A stretch of 64,000 bases of DNA from an uncultured Clostridia bacterium (GCA_947585745.1 CANPXF010000010.1:4479-68478), one strand, 5' to 3'. Counted from the stretch's first letter, positions 20,681 to 30,215 are shown. The notes: generated by a model from the letters alone, not told the origin. Translations and numbers: made by a program.

Positions 20681-20782
20681 TTTCACCATACTCGCGTAAA
20701 AAAATAATATATTAGCGGTACTAAGTATAAAAATTTCCAAAACGGTAAAAATACTGATAGAATAAATTTTGGAGGTAAAACC

Positions 20783-21127
20783 GTGAGTATAAAACGTGGA
20801 GATATTTTTTACGCGGATCTTTCACCCGTAGTCGGTTCGGAACAGGGCGGAATAAGACCTGTTTTGATAGTACAGAATAATATCGGAAACCGCTACAGCC
20901 CGACAGTAATCGCCGCCGCTATAACAAGCCAGCAGTCAAAAGCAAATCTTCCGACTCATATTCCGATTGTAGCCGATAACTGCGGACTTTCAAAGGACAG
21001 CGTCGTTTTGCTTGAACAGATAAGAACTATAGATAAACAACGTCTGAAAGAGCGTATGGGTTCTGTTGACGAAAACTCGATGAATCGGGTTAACGACGCA
21101 ATTTCAATCTCATTCGGACTTCAATAG
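20783..21127 (+). CDS. ndoA: MazF/EndoA (PemK family) mRNA interferase toxin
   Basis: MSIKRGDIFYADLSPVVGSEQGGIRPVLIVQNNIGNRYSPTVIAAAITSQ...LPTHIPI...SVVLLEQIRTIDKQRL is near-collinear with B. subtilis EndoA. GTG start sits behind GGAGG. Confidence 0.9.
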   Translation: MSIKRGDIFYADLSPVVGSEQGGIRPVLIVQNNIGNRYSPTVIAAAITSQQSKANLPTHIPIVADNCGLSKDSVVLLEQIRTIDKQRLKERMGSVDENSMNRVNDAISISFGLQ

Positions 21128-21134
21128 TTTACAT

Positions 21135-21158
21135 ACCCGAGTTTTCTCGGGTATTTTT
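21135..21158 (+). terminator. Intrinsic terminator after mazF
   Basis: acccgag-tttt-ctcgggt followed by attttt. Confidence 0.6.
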
Positions 21159-21276
21159 AATATAATAAAAGATTATTAAAAGCAATTAAAGAAATATTTT
21201 AAAATTCAAAAAATTTGAAACTTTTTTGTTTGTTTTTGACACTAAATATATGAAGTAAAAATTTTTGAGGATTATT

Positions 21277-22848
21277 ATGACTAAAAAAAAGATACCAAAT
21301 ATTATTAATAAAATATTTTCAGTAATATTCTTTTTGTTATTTGCGGGACTTTTATATCTGATTATAAATAATGGTTACGAAAATCAACGCGACAAAAATC
21401 TTATAAACTGCACATTTTCACAGCATATTAATATAATTTTATCGTTTATTCTCATAACGACAGTCTTTATCGTGATATATCTGACGTATAACCGCGTATA
21501 TAACCGTTTGCAAGCAGATAAAATTATCAGTAAAAATTATTATACACATCTTATAATTATAACTGTATGCGCTTTAATGTTCATTTTCCAGCTTGCGTTT
21601 GGTTATCTTCTCGCGAATCAACCTGTAACCGATTTGCAGATTTTAAACGGTTTTTCGGCTGATTTCGCTCAAAACGGAAATTTCGACTTAATTCGTTCAG
21701 GTTATATGGACCATTATATGATTAAGTATCAGAACAATTTTGCCATTCTTTTCATCCTGTCATTCATATATCGTATAAGCTATCTTCTGACAGGCTCAAT
21801 TTCCGCATATCTCCCTGTAATAGTAAATACACTCGCTATTAATCTTTCGGTAATTTTAACTGTATTTTTGTCAAGAAAGCTTTTCGGCGACCGCAAAGCA
21901 TTTTTTACGCTTTTTCTTTGTGTAATTTTCGCGCCGTTTTATACCTACACCGCTTTTTATTATACAGATTCTCTTTCTATGCCTTTTGCAGTCGGTTCAA
22001 TTTATCTTTTCGTATATGCTTTCAAATGTGAGGAAAAGCGTAAAAAATATATTCTGACCGCTTTGTGCGGGGGCCTGATATTTTTAGGTTTTGAACTAAA
22101 GGGAAGTATCATTATTATTCTTGTAGCCGTTCTTATTTATATTGTATTGAAGCTTAGTTTAAGACGCGCCGCTATACTCGCGCTGACAGTTTTATTCGGA
22201 TTTATTATGATTTCAGGCATATACAGTACAGCTTTCGCAAGGGCGGGAATTGTTTCAAACGAGATGTCCGAAAGATACCAGTACCCTTATACTCATTGGC
22301 TGATGATAGGTCTTAAAGGTTACGGACAATACACAAAGAGCGACAGTCAATACACCCATTCATTTTCTAATAAAGAATTAAAAACAAGCGCCAACATAAA
22401 GAAAATAAAGCACCGCATAGAAAAATTCGGATTGAACGGAATGATAAAACACCTCGGAAAAAAGGCTGTGTGGACTTGGCAGGACGGAACGTATTATATC
22501 TCACATCATATAGAAAAACCGCTTCATAAAAATCTTCTGCACGACTTTGTGCTTAAAAACGGCCCTAATCATTTCATTTTCTATGCGTACAGCTGTGCGT
22601 TTCAGTTGTTTTTAATATTAATGATGATTATATCGTCTTTTAAAGCGATTAGAAACCCAAAACCCGATTTTATGACGCTTCTAAGACTGATAGTATTCGG
22701 AGCGTTTCTGTTTTTTCTGATGTGGGAAACACGCTCGCGTTACCTTTATAATTTGACGCCGTTGTTTATAATTCTGTCCGTAGACGGACTCAGCTGTATT
22801 TGTGATGGAATAAGTAAAAAATTAAGCCGTTCAGAAATTAAAATCTGA
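21277..22848 (+). CDS. Polytopic membrane glycosyltransferase-like protein (GT39/ArnT/PMT_2-like)
   Basis: About 12 TM segments with an architecture like ArnT/PMT-type lipid-linked sugar transferases. Assigned from topology only. Confidence 0.5.
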   Translation: MTKKKIPNIINKIFSVIFFLLFAGLLYLIINNGYENQRDKNLINCTFSQHINIILSFILITTVFIVIYLTYNRVYNRLQADKIISKNYYTHLIIITVCALMFIFQLAFGYLLANQPVTDLQILNGFSADFAQNGNFDLIRSGYMDHYMIKYQNNFAILFILSFIYRISYLLTGSISAYLPVIVNTLAINLSVILTVFLSRKLFGDRKAFFTLFLCVIFAPFYTYTAFYYTDSLSMPFAVGSIYLFVYAFKCEEKRKKYILTALCGGLIFLGFELKGSIIIILVAVLIYIVLKLSLRRAAILALTVLFGFIMISGIYSTAFARAGIVSNEMSERYQYPYTHWLMIGLKGYGQYTKSDSQYTHSFSNKELKTSANIKKIKHRIEKFGLNGMIKHLGKKAVWTWQDGTYYISHHIEKPLHKNLLHDFVLKNGPNHFIFYAYSCAFQLFLILMMIISSFKAIRNPKPDFMTLLRLIVFGAFLFFLMWETRSRYLYNLTPLFIILSVDGLSCICDGISKKLSRSEIKI

Positions 22849-22853
22849 ACGGC
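22826..22853. terminator. Bidirectional terminator (GT-like gene / metK)
   Basis: gccgttcaga-aattaaaa-tctgaacggc, a perfect 10-bp stem overlapping the stop at 22848. Confidence 0.6.
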
Positions 22854-22867
22854 ATATTTATATAATT

Positions 22868-24052
22868 TTAAACGTCAGCGATTTGTCTTAAAAGCTGTTC
22901 TGTTTTGTCGGTGTTTTCCCATTTAACATCAGCGTCTTCTCTTCCCATATGACCGTAGGCGGCAACGGGAAGATATGAAGTATTCCTTAAATCAAGCTCT
23001 CGGATAATTGACTGCGGACGGCAGTCGAAAACCTTTTTCACCGCTTTTGAAAGCTTTTCGTTGCTGTACTTTCCCGTACCGAAGGTATCCACCATAATTG
23101 AAACGGGTTTAGCAACGCCTATTGCGTACGCAAGCTGAACCTCGCATTTTTTTGCAAGCTTGGCGGCAACGATATTTTTAGCGATATACCTCGCGTAGTA
23201 TGCCGCGCTTCTGTCAACCTTTGTCGGGTCTTTACCGCTGAAGGCTCCGCCGCCGTGACGTGAAAATCCGCCGTATGTATCAACAATAATTTTTCTTCCC
23301 GTAAGTCCCGCGTCGCCGACAGGACCTCCGATTACGAACCTTCCCGTCGGGTTGACAAATATTTTGGTATTTACAAAAAGGTTTTTCGGTATAATCGGTT
23401 CTATTACATACTTAACAATATCATCTCTTATTTGTTTTAGCGTAATATCCTCGTCGTGCTGTGAGGAAACAACGACTGTATCAACTCTGATGGGAATATC
23501 GTCATCATACTCGATTGTAACCTGTGTTTTTCCGTCAGGGCGGAGATAGGGGAGGGTTCCGTCTTTTCGTACTTTAGCAAGCTGTTTTGCAAGCTTATGA
23601 GCAAGTGAAATCGGCAGAGGCATAAGTTCCTTAGTTTCATCGCAGGCATATCCGAACATCATTCCCTGGTCGCCGGCGCCGATTTGATTATCGAAGTCTT
23701 TTTCACCGTCTTTAACCTCAAAGCTTTCATTTACACCCATAGCTATATCCGCGCTTTGTGAGTCAATTGACGTAAGAACGGCGCAGGTGTTTCCGTCAAA
23801 TCCGCATTCGGGATTATCGTATCCTATATTATTGATAACTTCTCTCGCTATTGAGGGAATATCAACGTAGCACTCGGTAGAAATTTCTCCCATAACGTGA
23901 ACCATACCCGTAGTAGCCGTAGTTTCACAAGCGACGTGAGCATTTTTATCCTGTTTTAAAATCGCATCGAGTACAGCGTCGGAAATCTGGTCGCACAATT
24001 TATCGGGATGACCCTCCGTAACCGACTCGGAGGTAAATAAAAACTTAGCCAT
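22868..24052 (-). CDS. metK: S-adenosylmethionine synthase
   Basis: [52 protein letters not shown]. Confidence 0.95.
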   Translation of the reverse strand: MAKFLFTSESVTEGHPDKLCDQISDAVLDAILKQDKNAHVACETTATTGMVHVMGEISTECYVDIPSIAREVINNIGYDNPECGFDGNTCAVLTSIDSQSADIAMGVNESFEVKDGEKDFDNQIGAGDQGMMFGYACDETKELMPLPISLAHKLAKQLAKVRKDGTLPYLRPDGKTQVTIEYDDDIPIRVDTVVVSSQHDEDITLKQIRDDIVKYVIEPIIPKNLFVNTKIFVNPTGRFVIGGPVGDAGLTGRKIIVDTYGGFSRHGGGAFSGKDPTKVDRSAAYYARYIAKNIVAAKLAKKCEVQLAYAIGVAKPVSIMVDTFGTGKYSNEKLSKAVKKVFDCRPQSIIRELDLRNTSYLPVAAYGHMGREDADVKWENTDKTEQLLRQIADV

Positions 24053-24066
24053 ATAAACTTCCTTTC

Positions 24067-24196
24067 AAAAAAATCACCGTTCAGCCGAACGGTGATAAAA
24101 ATACTCATCTTTCGGTAATACCGCAGGAATTAGCACCTTGCAACAGCAGGTTGCCGGACGTCACAGGGCCTGACCCTCGGTCACTCTTGATAAGTC
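24067..24196 (-). promoter_or_regulatory. SAM-I (S-box) riboswitch with terminator
   Basis: Reverse strand: CTTATCAAGAGTGACCGAGGGTCAGGCCCTGTGACGTCCGGCAACCTGC...AAGGTGCTAATTCCTGCGG...GAAAGATGAG, then ATCACCGTTCGGCTGAACGGTGAT plus a T-run. Confidence 0.85.
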
Positions 24197-24502
24197 TGTT
24201 AAATTCTGTATGTAATTATATATCAGATGTATTATTTTGTCAATAATTATACTATAATACTTTGCTTAGTATTATCGGTAATTGAATTTGTGAAAAATAA
24301 TCTCGTTATATAAATAGTGTCAAGAGAATTAAAATTGTTATAAATTTTTTATGCAATTTTTTGTTCATAATATTTTTGTCTTAATTTTTGCATATTTCAT
24401 AAGAAAAATTTTGTTTAACATTTAGTCAAAAAATCAATTGAAAAATATAAAATCAAGTGGTAATATTTTGAATGTAAAAAATACCGAAAGGGCGGAAAAG
24501 TA

Positions 24503-25705
24503 ATGAAAAAATTTTTATCAATCTTAGTTGTACTGACAATTCTTTTATCTGTTGCAATTCCTGTATCCGCGGGAGCTGTTTCAAAGGTGACGGGCGTAAA
24601 ACAAACCGGCGCGACACACTCATCCTTTGAGATAAGCTGGAGCGAGTATTACGGAGCATCATATTACAAGGTGGAATGGTGTAACACTCCCAACGGAACC
24701 TATCAAGTGGACGCGAGTTATATATCAGGATATAAAGATACTGTTTACGGCCGTTATGCAGGCACAACATACTATGTAAAAGTTACACCTTGTGTAGATA
24801 ATAAATATATTACAAGCGCATCTTCCGACCCTATAGCGGTAACCACGGCTCCTAACGTTGTTTCAAATATCAAACAGACTAAGGCCACAACGAGTTCGTT
24901 AACTATAAGCTGGACAGGAAGTATCGGAGCGACTTCATATAAAATTTACAAGGAATCTAACAATGTTTTGACTTATGCAGGCTCTTCAAAAAGCACATCC
25001 TTTACATTAAACAAGCTTTCAAATAAAAAAGAGCTTCCATTCTATTCTCTTTATGTTAAGGCTGTCAGGACTGTAAACGGTTATGACGCTTGTCATGACT
25101 ATTCGTCTTATATTACAAAATACAATTTGAATCTTACTCCGACAAAGGGCAAAACCCCGTCAATAAGCAGTTATTATGACTATAACACCAGTATTTATCT
25201 GAAAAGGCCCGAACTTGAATTTCAAGACGGATATAATTTTAAAGTTTATAAAGCAAATAAAAGCAAACCTTCCTACTCGCTGACAAACGGAACACATGTA
25301 AGCGGTCTTAAAAAGGGACAGTTTTACAAGGTTAAAACGCGCTCGTACTCTAATGTAGGAAATACAAAATTTTACGGTAAATGGTCGTCTTATAAGTATT
25401 TTGCTGCCGGAGTAGATAAGTTAAAAATAAAATCAAGAACAAAAAATTCTCTTAAAGTTTCTTGGTCAAAGGTTAAGGGAGGAAAGGTAAGCTACGATAT
25501 TTACGTTTCAAAATCCCACGGTAAAGGTCTTAAAAAGTTTAAGAAGAATTACAAAAAAACTTCTATAAAAGTCACAAAGTTAGGTAAGAAAAGACTTTCA
25601 AAGAGTACTTATTATTATGTTTATGTTAAACCGAAGATAAAGGTTGGTAAAAAGACCTATACTTCTCCGATATACAGCTATACTTCAGCTTTTACAAAAT
25701 ATTAA
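24503..25705 (+). CDS. Secreted fibronectin type III repeat protein with Lys-rich C-terminus
   Basis: Signal peptide LSVAIPVSAGA. Repeated modules: VTGVKQTGATHSSFEISW, VSNIKQTKATTSSLTISW, KSRTKNSLKVSW. Confidence 0.7.
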   Translation: MKKFLSILVVLTILLSVAIPVSAGAVSKVTGVKQTGATHSSFEISWSEYYGASYYKVEWCNTPNGTYQVDASYISGYKDTVYGRYAGTTYYVKVTPCVDNKYITSASSDPIAVTTAPNVVSNIKQTKATTSSLTISWTGSIGATSYKIYKESNNVLTYAGSSKSTSFTLNKLSNKKELPFYSLYVKAVRTVNGYDACHDYSSYITKYNLNLTPTKGKTPSISSYYDYNTSIYLKRPELEFQDGYNFKVYKANKSKPSYSLTNGTHVSGLKKGQFYKVKTRSYSNVGNTKFYGKWSSYKYFAAGVDKLKIKSRTKNSLKVSWSKVKGGKVSYDIYVSKSHGKGLKKFKKNYKKTSIKVTKLGKKRLSKSTYYYVYVKPKIKVGKKTYTSPIYSYTSAFTKY

Positions 25706-25733
25706 TTGTAATTTATTTCAATAACTACAAATA

Positions 25734-25768
25734 AAAAGCCTTTTGGATTTATTCCAAAGGGCTTTTAT
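25734..25768 (+). terminator. Terminator after the FN3 gene
   Basis: aaaagccttttgga / tccaaagggctttt stem followed by a T-rich tail. Confidence 0.5.
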
Positions 25769-25942
25769 TCTATCTAATGACTTAAACAAAACCAACATCA
25801 GTTGTTATTGCAAACAACAGGATTTAAATAATTACCGGTTTAATTTACTGTTAATGCGCGTTATAATAAGAAAAAAATTTTTAAATCAATGCACAAAAAA
25901 GCATATCCCTAATCGCTTTAATAAGTGAAAGGAGGTTATGAG

Positions 25943-26464
25943 TTGGACATATCACTCGGTACCGAAAAGAAAATACATAACTCCAACAAACGATTTCAGC
26001 TTGTTAAAAATACTGTAGAGCAATATTCAACCTTGATATTTCGTATTGCATATCAAAATCTCCGTAATTATCACGACGCTGAGGACATTATGCAGGAGGT
26101 CGGATTATATATGCTGACAGGAAATCCACCGCTTGATAACCCCGAGCATCTTAAATATTGGATAATTACCGTAACTATTCATAAATGTAAAGATATGAAA
26201 AAATCGGCTTGGAGGACAAGAACGGAACCAATAGACGACTATTTAAGCTTACAGGCGCCCGAAACTCGTGAGGTTATGGAGGAGCTATGGCAACTGCCCG
26301 AAAACTATAGAAACATAATTTATCTGTACTATTATGAATCCTTTACCATAGCTGAAATAGCGCAAATTCTCGGCAAAAGCCAAAACACGGTCGGCTCGTC
26401 ACTAAGACGCGCGAGAAAAAAGCTTGAAAAAATACTGATAGAAGGAGGATACGAAAATGAATAA
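25943..26464 (+). CDS. ECF-type RNA polymerase sigma-70 factor
   Basis: Region 2 YSTLIFRIAYQNLRNYHDAEDIMQEV and region 4 HTH FTIAEIAQILGKSQNTVGSSLRRARKKL. I favour the TTG at 25943, 7 nt after AAAGGAGG; the track start is the GTG at 25925. Confidence 0.8.
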   Translation: MDISLGTEKKIHNSNKRFQLVKNTVEQYSTLIFRIAYQNLRNYHDAEDIMQEVGLYMLTGNPPLDNPEHLKYWIITVTIHKCKDMKKSAWRTRTEPIDDYLSLQAPETREVMEELWQLPENYRNIIYLYYYESFTIAEIAQILGKSQNTVGSSLRRARKKLEKILIEGGYENE

Positions 26465-27356
26465 AAAATATTTTAAAGCGATTGACAGCCTTGTACCCCG
26501 CGATGAATCTGTTGAAAAAGTGATAGAAGTTATTACTGAGGCTGAGCAATCGGGAAAGGAATTTGAAATGAAGAAAACAAAAAAATATAATAAATTTACG
26601 GCAATAGGAACAATTGCGGCAAGCCTTGCAATTGTAATTGCGCTCGGAGCGTTCTTTTATCCCAAAGCGATTAATGAGTCAAAAACAAGCTCTGCCGTTT
26701 CTGATGCGGTTGTGAAAAAAAGTTTCTTTATTAAAGCAAATGCCGTTGAGGCAACGGGAGATGAGGCAAAGGCTGAGAAAATCACCTCGGAAAAGTTTGT
26801 TAAAATAGGTAAGTTTGTGCCTACGGTCGGATTTGTTTTAAGTGATACAGAAAAAGAAAGTATGTCAGGCTTATTTAACTATGACCTCAGGTGTGAGGGG
26901 GATAATATTGACAAAATAACCTACAAGATTTCAAACTCTGCTTTTTGCATTAAAAACGGCTATAAGCCTGTTGTTTCAAAAGATAAAAAAAGCACGTTCG
27001 ATAAAGATTTAGGATTAACTGTCGGTGATGAGGGAGAGTACGACTGCTGGGGTTGCTATACTGTTGACTACGACAATCAGCCCGATTTAAGTAAGTACAC
27101 AAACGAATCAACCGATTCGATTAAATCCCCGATTCAGATTATAGGCGCAGTTAAATACAAAAATGAGCCCAAAACGAGCAAAAATTCTCAAGATAATAAG
27201 AAGTGGTCAAATTATTACAACTCGATTTTTAAGAATACTGTTATAACTGTAACCGCTGTTTTCAAAGACGGTAAAACTCAGTCGCAGAATTTACAGCTTA
27301 ATTGCAATTATAAAAGCGTAGATGATATTACGGTAGAAGCAAAAATAATTAAATAA
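26457..27356 (+). CDS. Putative anti-sigma factor (single-pass membrane protein)
   Basis: Overlaps the sigma gene by 8 nt. About 45 aa are cytoplasmic, with one TM (FTAIGTIAASLAIVIALGAFF) and about 230 aa extracellular. No zinc-anti-sigma motif, so the call rests on position and topology. Confidence 0.45.
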   Translation: MNKKYFKAIDSLVPRDESVEKVIEVITEAEQSGKEFEMKKTKKYNKFTAIGTIAASLAIVIALGAFFYPKAINESKTSSAVSDAVVKKSFFIKANAVEATGDEAKAEKITSEKFVKIGKFVPTVGFVLSDTEKESMSGLFNYDLRCEGDNIDKITYKISNSAFCIKNGYKPVVSKDKKSTFDKDLGLTVGDEGEYDCWGCYTVDYDNQPDLSKYTNESTDSIKSPIQIIGAVKYKNEPKTSKNSQDNKKWSNYYNSIFKNTVITVTAVFKDGKTQSQNLQLNCNYKSVDDITVEAKIIK

Positions 27357-27365
27357 ATTTTAAAT

Positions 27366-27503
27366 TTATTCATTTATAGCTCGGACGACTTCTCCGTTTT
27401 CGTCTATCGTTTCAGTTACGGCATTCGGGAACATCTCCGAGAGCTTCTTGAAATTCTCTTCCGCCTTATTTGCAGTCTGCATTTTAAGCTTGTCCATTGT
27501 CAT
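27366..27503 (-). pseudogene. N-terminal stub (45 aa) of a type III-like adenine DNA methyltransferase (Mod)
   Basis: Below the track cutoff. Reverse strand reads MTMDKLKMQTANKAEENFKKLSEMFPNAVTETIDENGEVVRAINE*. This matches the characteristic MDKLKM..(P)(D/N)L...N..KL..LFPN..TE..DENG......ID N-terminus recalled for Mod-type methylases, but stops after about 40 conserved residues. Confidence 0.5.
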
Positions 27504-27507
27504 TTTC

Positions 27508-29583
27508 CTACGCATTATTTTCTGATTTCTTTCTCAATATAAATTTGGTCTTTTTCGGCGGATACGGTGTCCCAATCCGTGCATACTGTCCGATTGAAAC
27601 AATCGTACCCTGCATTTCTTTGTTTTCCTCGCCAATCGGTACAATTACTCTATCTCCGATTTTTAGTGTCGTGTCGTCAGTTCTAAAAAAGTATGGTTGT
27701 TCGGAAAACGGAAGCATAACTCCACAATATGTATAGATAGTCTTGTCCGTTAAAAGTTCTGTCTCCCGTTGCTTTGCCTGCTCTTTTCGTTTCTTAGCTT
27801 GCTGCTCATCATAACGAGATTGCCACGCCTCGGTATATTCTTCCTCAGTTTCAAATTGCGTTAAGTCAAGGCCGAGAGTGTCTCGTTGAACTGCCCAATC
27901 ACGCCAAGCATACTTTTTCTTTTGCAGAGCGTCTAAATACTCCTGCTCTGTATCATAATAGCGAGGCTCCAGTCCGTATTTGCTACCATCCGGGACTGTT
28001 TTTCTCCAAGCGTTACTTCTTGAAAAGGCATACTTTTCTGACCGTCGCTCAACCTCCTGCTTGTATTCAGTGATTTCCTGTTGCCATCCTTCGACTTCGT
28101 CAAGTATCATTCCATCGGAGAATTGTTTTATTTTTGGCAGAAAGTTTTGCTCCACAAATTCGATTGTTTCAAGCTCCTCATAGTTTTTTGAGTAGAAAAT
28201 TAATCCGTCCATAAATGAATTGACCTGCTTCCATTTTCCCTCTGAACGAAAGAGCCCGTCGTCAAACATAGCCTTTGCAGTCTTGGTGAAACCATCAATA
28301 ATCATATTAACAATTATCTCTGAAAGATTGTTTGGCATTTCCTTGGATTGACGGACAAGCTTCGTTCTGAAATCAGCGTGGTCGTTAAGATACTCTCTGA
28401 AAGACTTGTGGAACTTATCCGAAAAAATATAAAGGCTATCCAACAGGCAATTTGTCATTTCCTCTCTGCCCATCAGGGAATAGTCGGCATAGGGCAGAAA
28501 CTGCTCTATGCACCAGTCCCATATTTTTAAAGTCAATGGCACATCCTTCTTATGTATCTTTTTCAGTATTTCTTCCAGCGGAAACTCTTTCGATTCGTCC
28601 TCATCAGGAAGGGTAACAGGAACGTCAAAATTATCTTTAATTGCCTGTGAAAACAAAAAATAGCCGTAAGCAGTCAAGTAGTTTGCTGCAATAATCTTGT
28701 CGTTTTGCTCTAAAATAAAGCGATAACGGCTTTTTTCTTTTTCCTCGTATTCTTCACTTGTATTGGCAAAATAGTGCTCTGAAAGCGCAACGGCCGCATT
28801 ATACTGGCGCTTATTAGGATAATCGGACTCCTTGATTTCTTCTTCGGCATCATCGTTTTTGACTAATTCGCCTGTATCTGAAAAATCATAACCGTAATCT
28901 GAACAGGCTTGTACTAATGCTTCTCTGTATTCTTCCTCTGTTTCATAATCTTCAGGGTTAATATCAAGCTCATATATATACTCGGCAGTTTTACGCCAGC
29001 CGTATTTGGTGTCTTCTAAATCCTCTTTGTATTCTTCTTCAGTATCGTAATCATAAGGGTCTAAATCGAATTCATAGTCTTCCTCATATTTTTCACGCCA
29101 CGCATGTTTTGCTTCATCTAAAGCTTCGTTGTATTCTTCTTCAGTATCGTAATCATAAGGGTCTAAATCGAATTCATAGTCTTCCTCATATTTTTCACGC
29201 CACGCATGTTTTGCTTCATCTAAAGCTTCGTTGTATTCTTCTTCAGTCTCAAAATTATAAGGATTTAAACCAAATTCATAGCCTTCCTCGGCAGTTTTAC
29301 GCCAGCCGTATTTGGCTTCTTCTAAAGCTTCGTTGTATTCTTCTTCGGTATCGTAATCATAAGTGTCTAAACCAAATTCATAGTCTTCCTCAACATTATT
29401 CCGCCAATTATAGTTGACGTTACTATCGCCAAAAATAGAGCCGACTCCATCATCTTCTGTTTTTGTGATCTCATCAAACATTTTAAAGGCGAACCATTGT
29501 TCGCCAATATCTTCTTTACCGTCTCCGTTAAAGTCGAATAACCCGCCAAATGGATTATCCCAAAAGCTTCCTTTTTTGGACAT
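27508..29583 (-). CDS. Repeat-rich acidic protein of unknown function (691 aa)
   Basis: ATG at 29583 behind AAGGAG. N-terminal DFNGDGKEDIGE Ca-loop-like motif. Five-plus 34-aa repeats (Y-E-F-x-L-D-P-Y-D-Y-D-T-E-E-E-Y-N-E-A-L-x-E-A-K-x-x-W-R) and two more near the C-terminus. Central helical region of about 250 aa. C-terminal segment YCGVMLPF..YFFRTDD..LKIGDRVIVPIGEENKEMQGTIVSI is small-barrel-like. Confidence 0.75.
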   Translation of the reverse strand: MSKKGSFWDNPFGGLFDFNGDGKEDIGEQWFAFKMFDEITKTEDDGVGSIFGDSNVNYNWRNNVEEDYEFGLDTYDYDTEEEYNEALEEAKYGWRKTAEEGYEFGLNPYNFETEEEYNEALDEAKHAWREKYEEDYEFDLDPYDYDTEEEYNEALDEAKHAWREKYEEDYEFDLDPYDYDTEEEYKEDLEDTKYGWRKTAEYIYELDINPEDYETEEEYREALVQACSDYGYDFSDTGELVKNDDAEEEIKESDYPNKRQYNAAVALSEHYFANTSEEYEEKEKSRYRFILEQNDKIIAANYLTAYGYFLFSQAIKDNFDVPVTLPDEDESKEFPLEEILKKIHKKDVPLTLKIWDWCIEQFLPYADYSLMGREEMTNCLLDSLYIFSDKFHKSFREYLNDHADFRTKLVRQSKEMPNNLSEIIVNMIIDGFTKTAKAMFDDGLFRSEGKWKQVNSFMDGLIFYSKNYEELETIEFVEQNFLPKIKQFSDGMILDEVEGWQQEITEYKQEVERRSEKYAFSRSNAWRKTVPDGSKYGLEPRYYDTEQEYLDALQKKKYAWRDWAVQRDTLGLDLTQFETEEEYTEAWQSRYDEQQAKKRKEQAKQRETELLTDKTIYTYCGVMLPFSEQPYFFRTDDTTLKIGDRVIVPIGEENKEMQGTIVSIGQYARIGTPYPPKKTKFILRKKSENNA
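28927..29410. repeat. Tandem 102-bp coding repeats (about 4.7 units; units 2 and 3 identical)
   Basis: Unit starts (gtattcttc...) at 28927, 29029, 29131, 29233 and 29335. By eye, 29029-29130 and 29131-29232 are base-for-base identical. Confidence 0.9.
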
Positions 29584-29599
29584 TAAGAACACTCCTTTT

Positions 29600-29761
29600 T
29601 CACAATTCTTCGAGTTTTTTACTTAACTCCTTAACTTGAGATACAATTTCAAATTTCTTCTTCGGCTGTTTCTCGGTCCGCGCGAGCTTCTCAAGCCGCT
29701 CTATTTCCTTTTGGAGTTTTGCCTGTTTTTCGTGGAGCGCAAGGTTTTCGTCTATAGACAA
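29600..29761 (-). pseudogene. Coiled-coil ORF fragment with no ATG (possible C-terminal remnant)
   Basis: Open frame ...EELSIDENLALHEKQAKLQKEIERLEKLARTEKQPKKKFEIVSQVKELSKKLEEL* ends 16 nt before the 691-aa gene. Only a TTG start is available, and an in-frame stop lies just upstream at 29786-29788. Confidence 0.3.
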
Positions 29762-30215
29762 CTCCTCGTCCGTTGCGAAACCAAGTCAGTTGAGAATATT
29801 TTTGCCGGTACTTCAACTTGTACAATTCGTTTTTGCCGAGCTTTACTATAGCGTTAGATGAAATGTTAGCTTGTGCGCGGAGCTTTGTTTATGCTTTTAT
29901 CAATCATAAGCTTCTACAATCTGTTGTATAAAATGAACGTTCGCTTTCCAACCTTTAGTGATACTGGAAAATGCTAATTTAATCCATTTTCATTATATCG
30001 TAAAATCCTTGAATTTTCAACCTAATTCGCACTTTCTATGTGAAGGTATTTTGTGACTGTTTTCAGAAATTTACTCAAAATCGGAAGAATGGATATTACT
30101 CGAAGTCTGACGGTGGAGATTGTCAACACGGTATACAATAAACTGAGATGCTATCAGCTTTTTGGAATGATAAGAATTGAAAACTATTGCAAAGGAATGA
30201 AAAAGCGATTATAAT

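Noticed and set aside
28927-29410. Regularly spaced repeats considered as a possible CRISPR array
   Set aside because: The units are contiguous 102-bp in-frame coding repeats with no spacers, inside a continuous ORF. There are no cas genes in the window.
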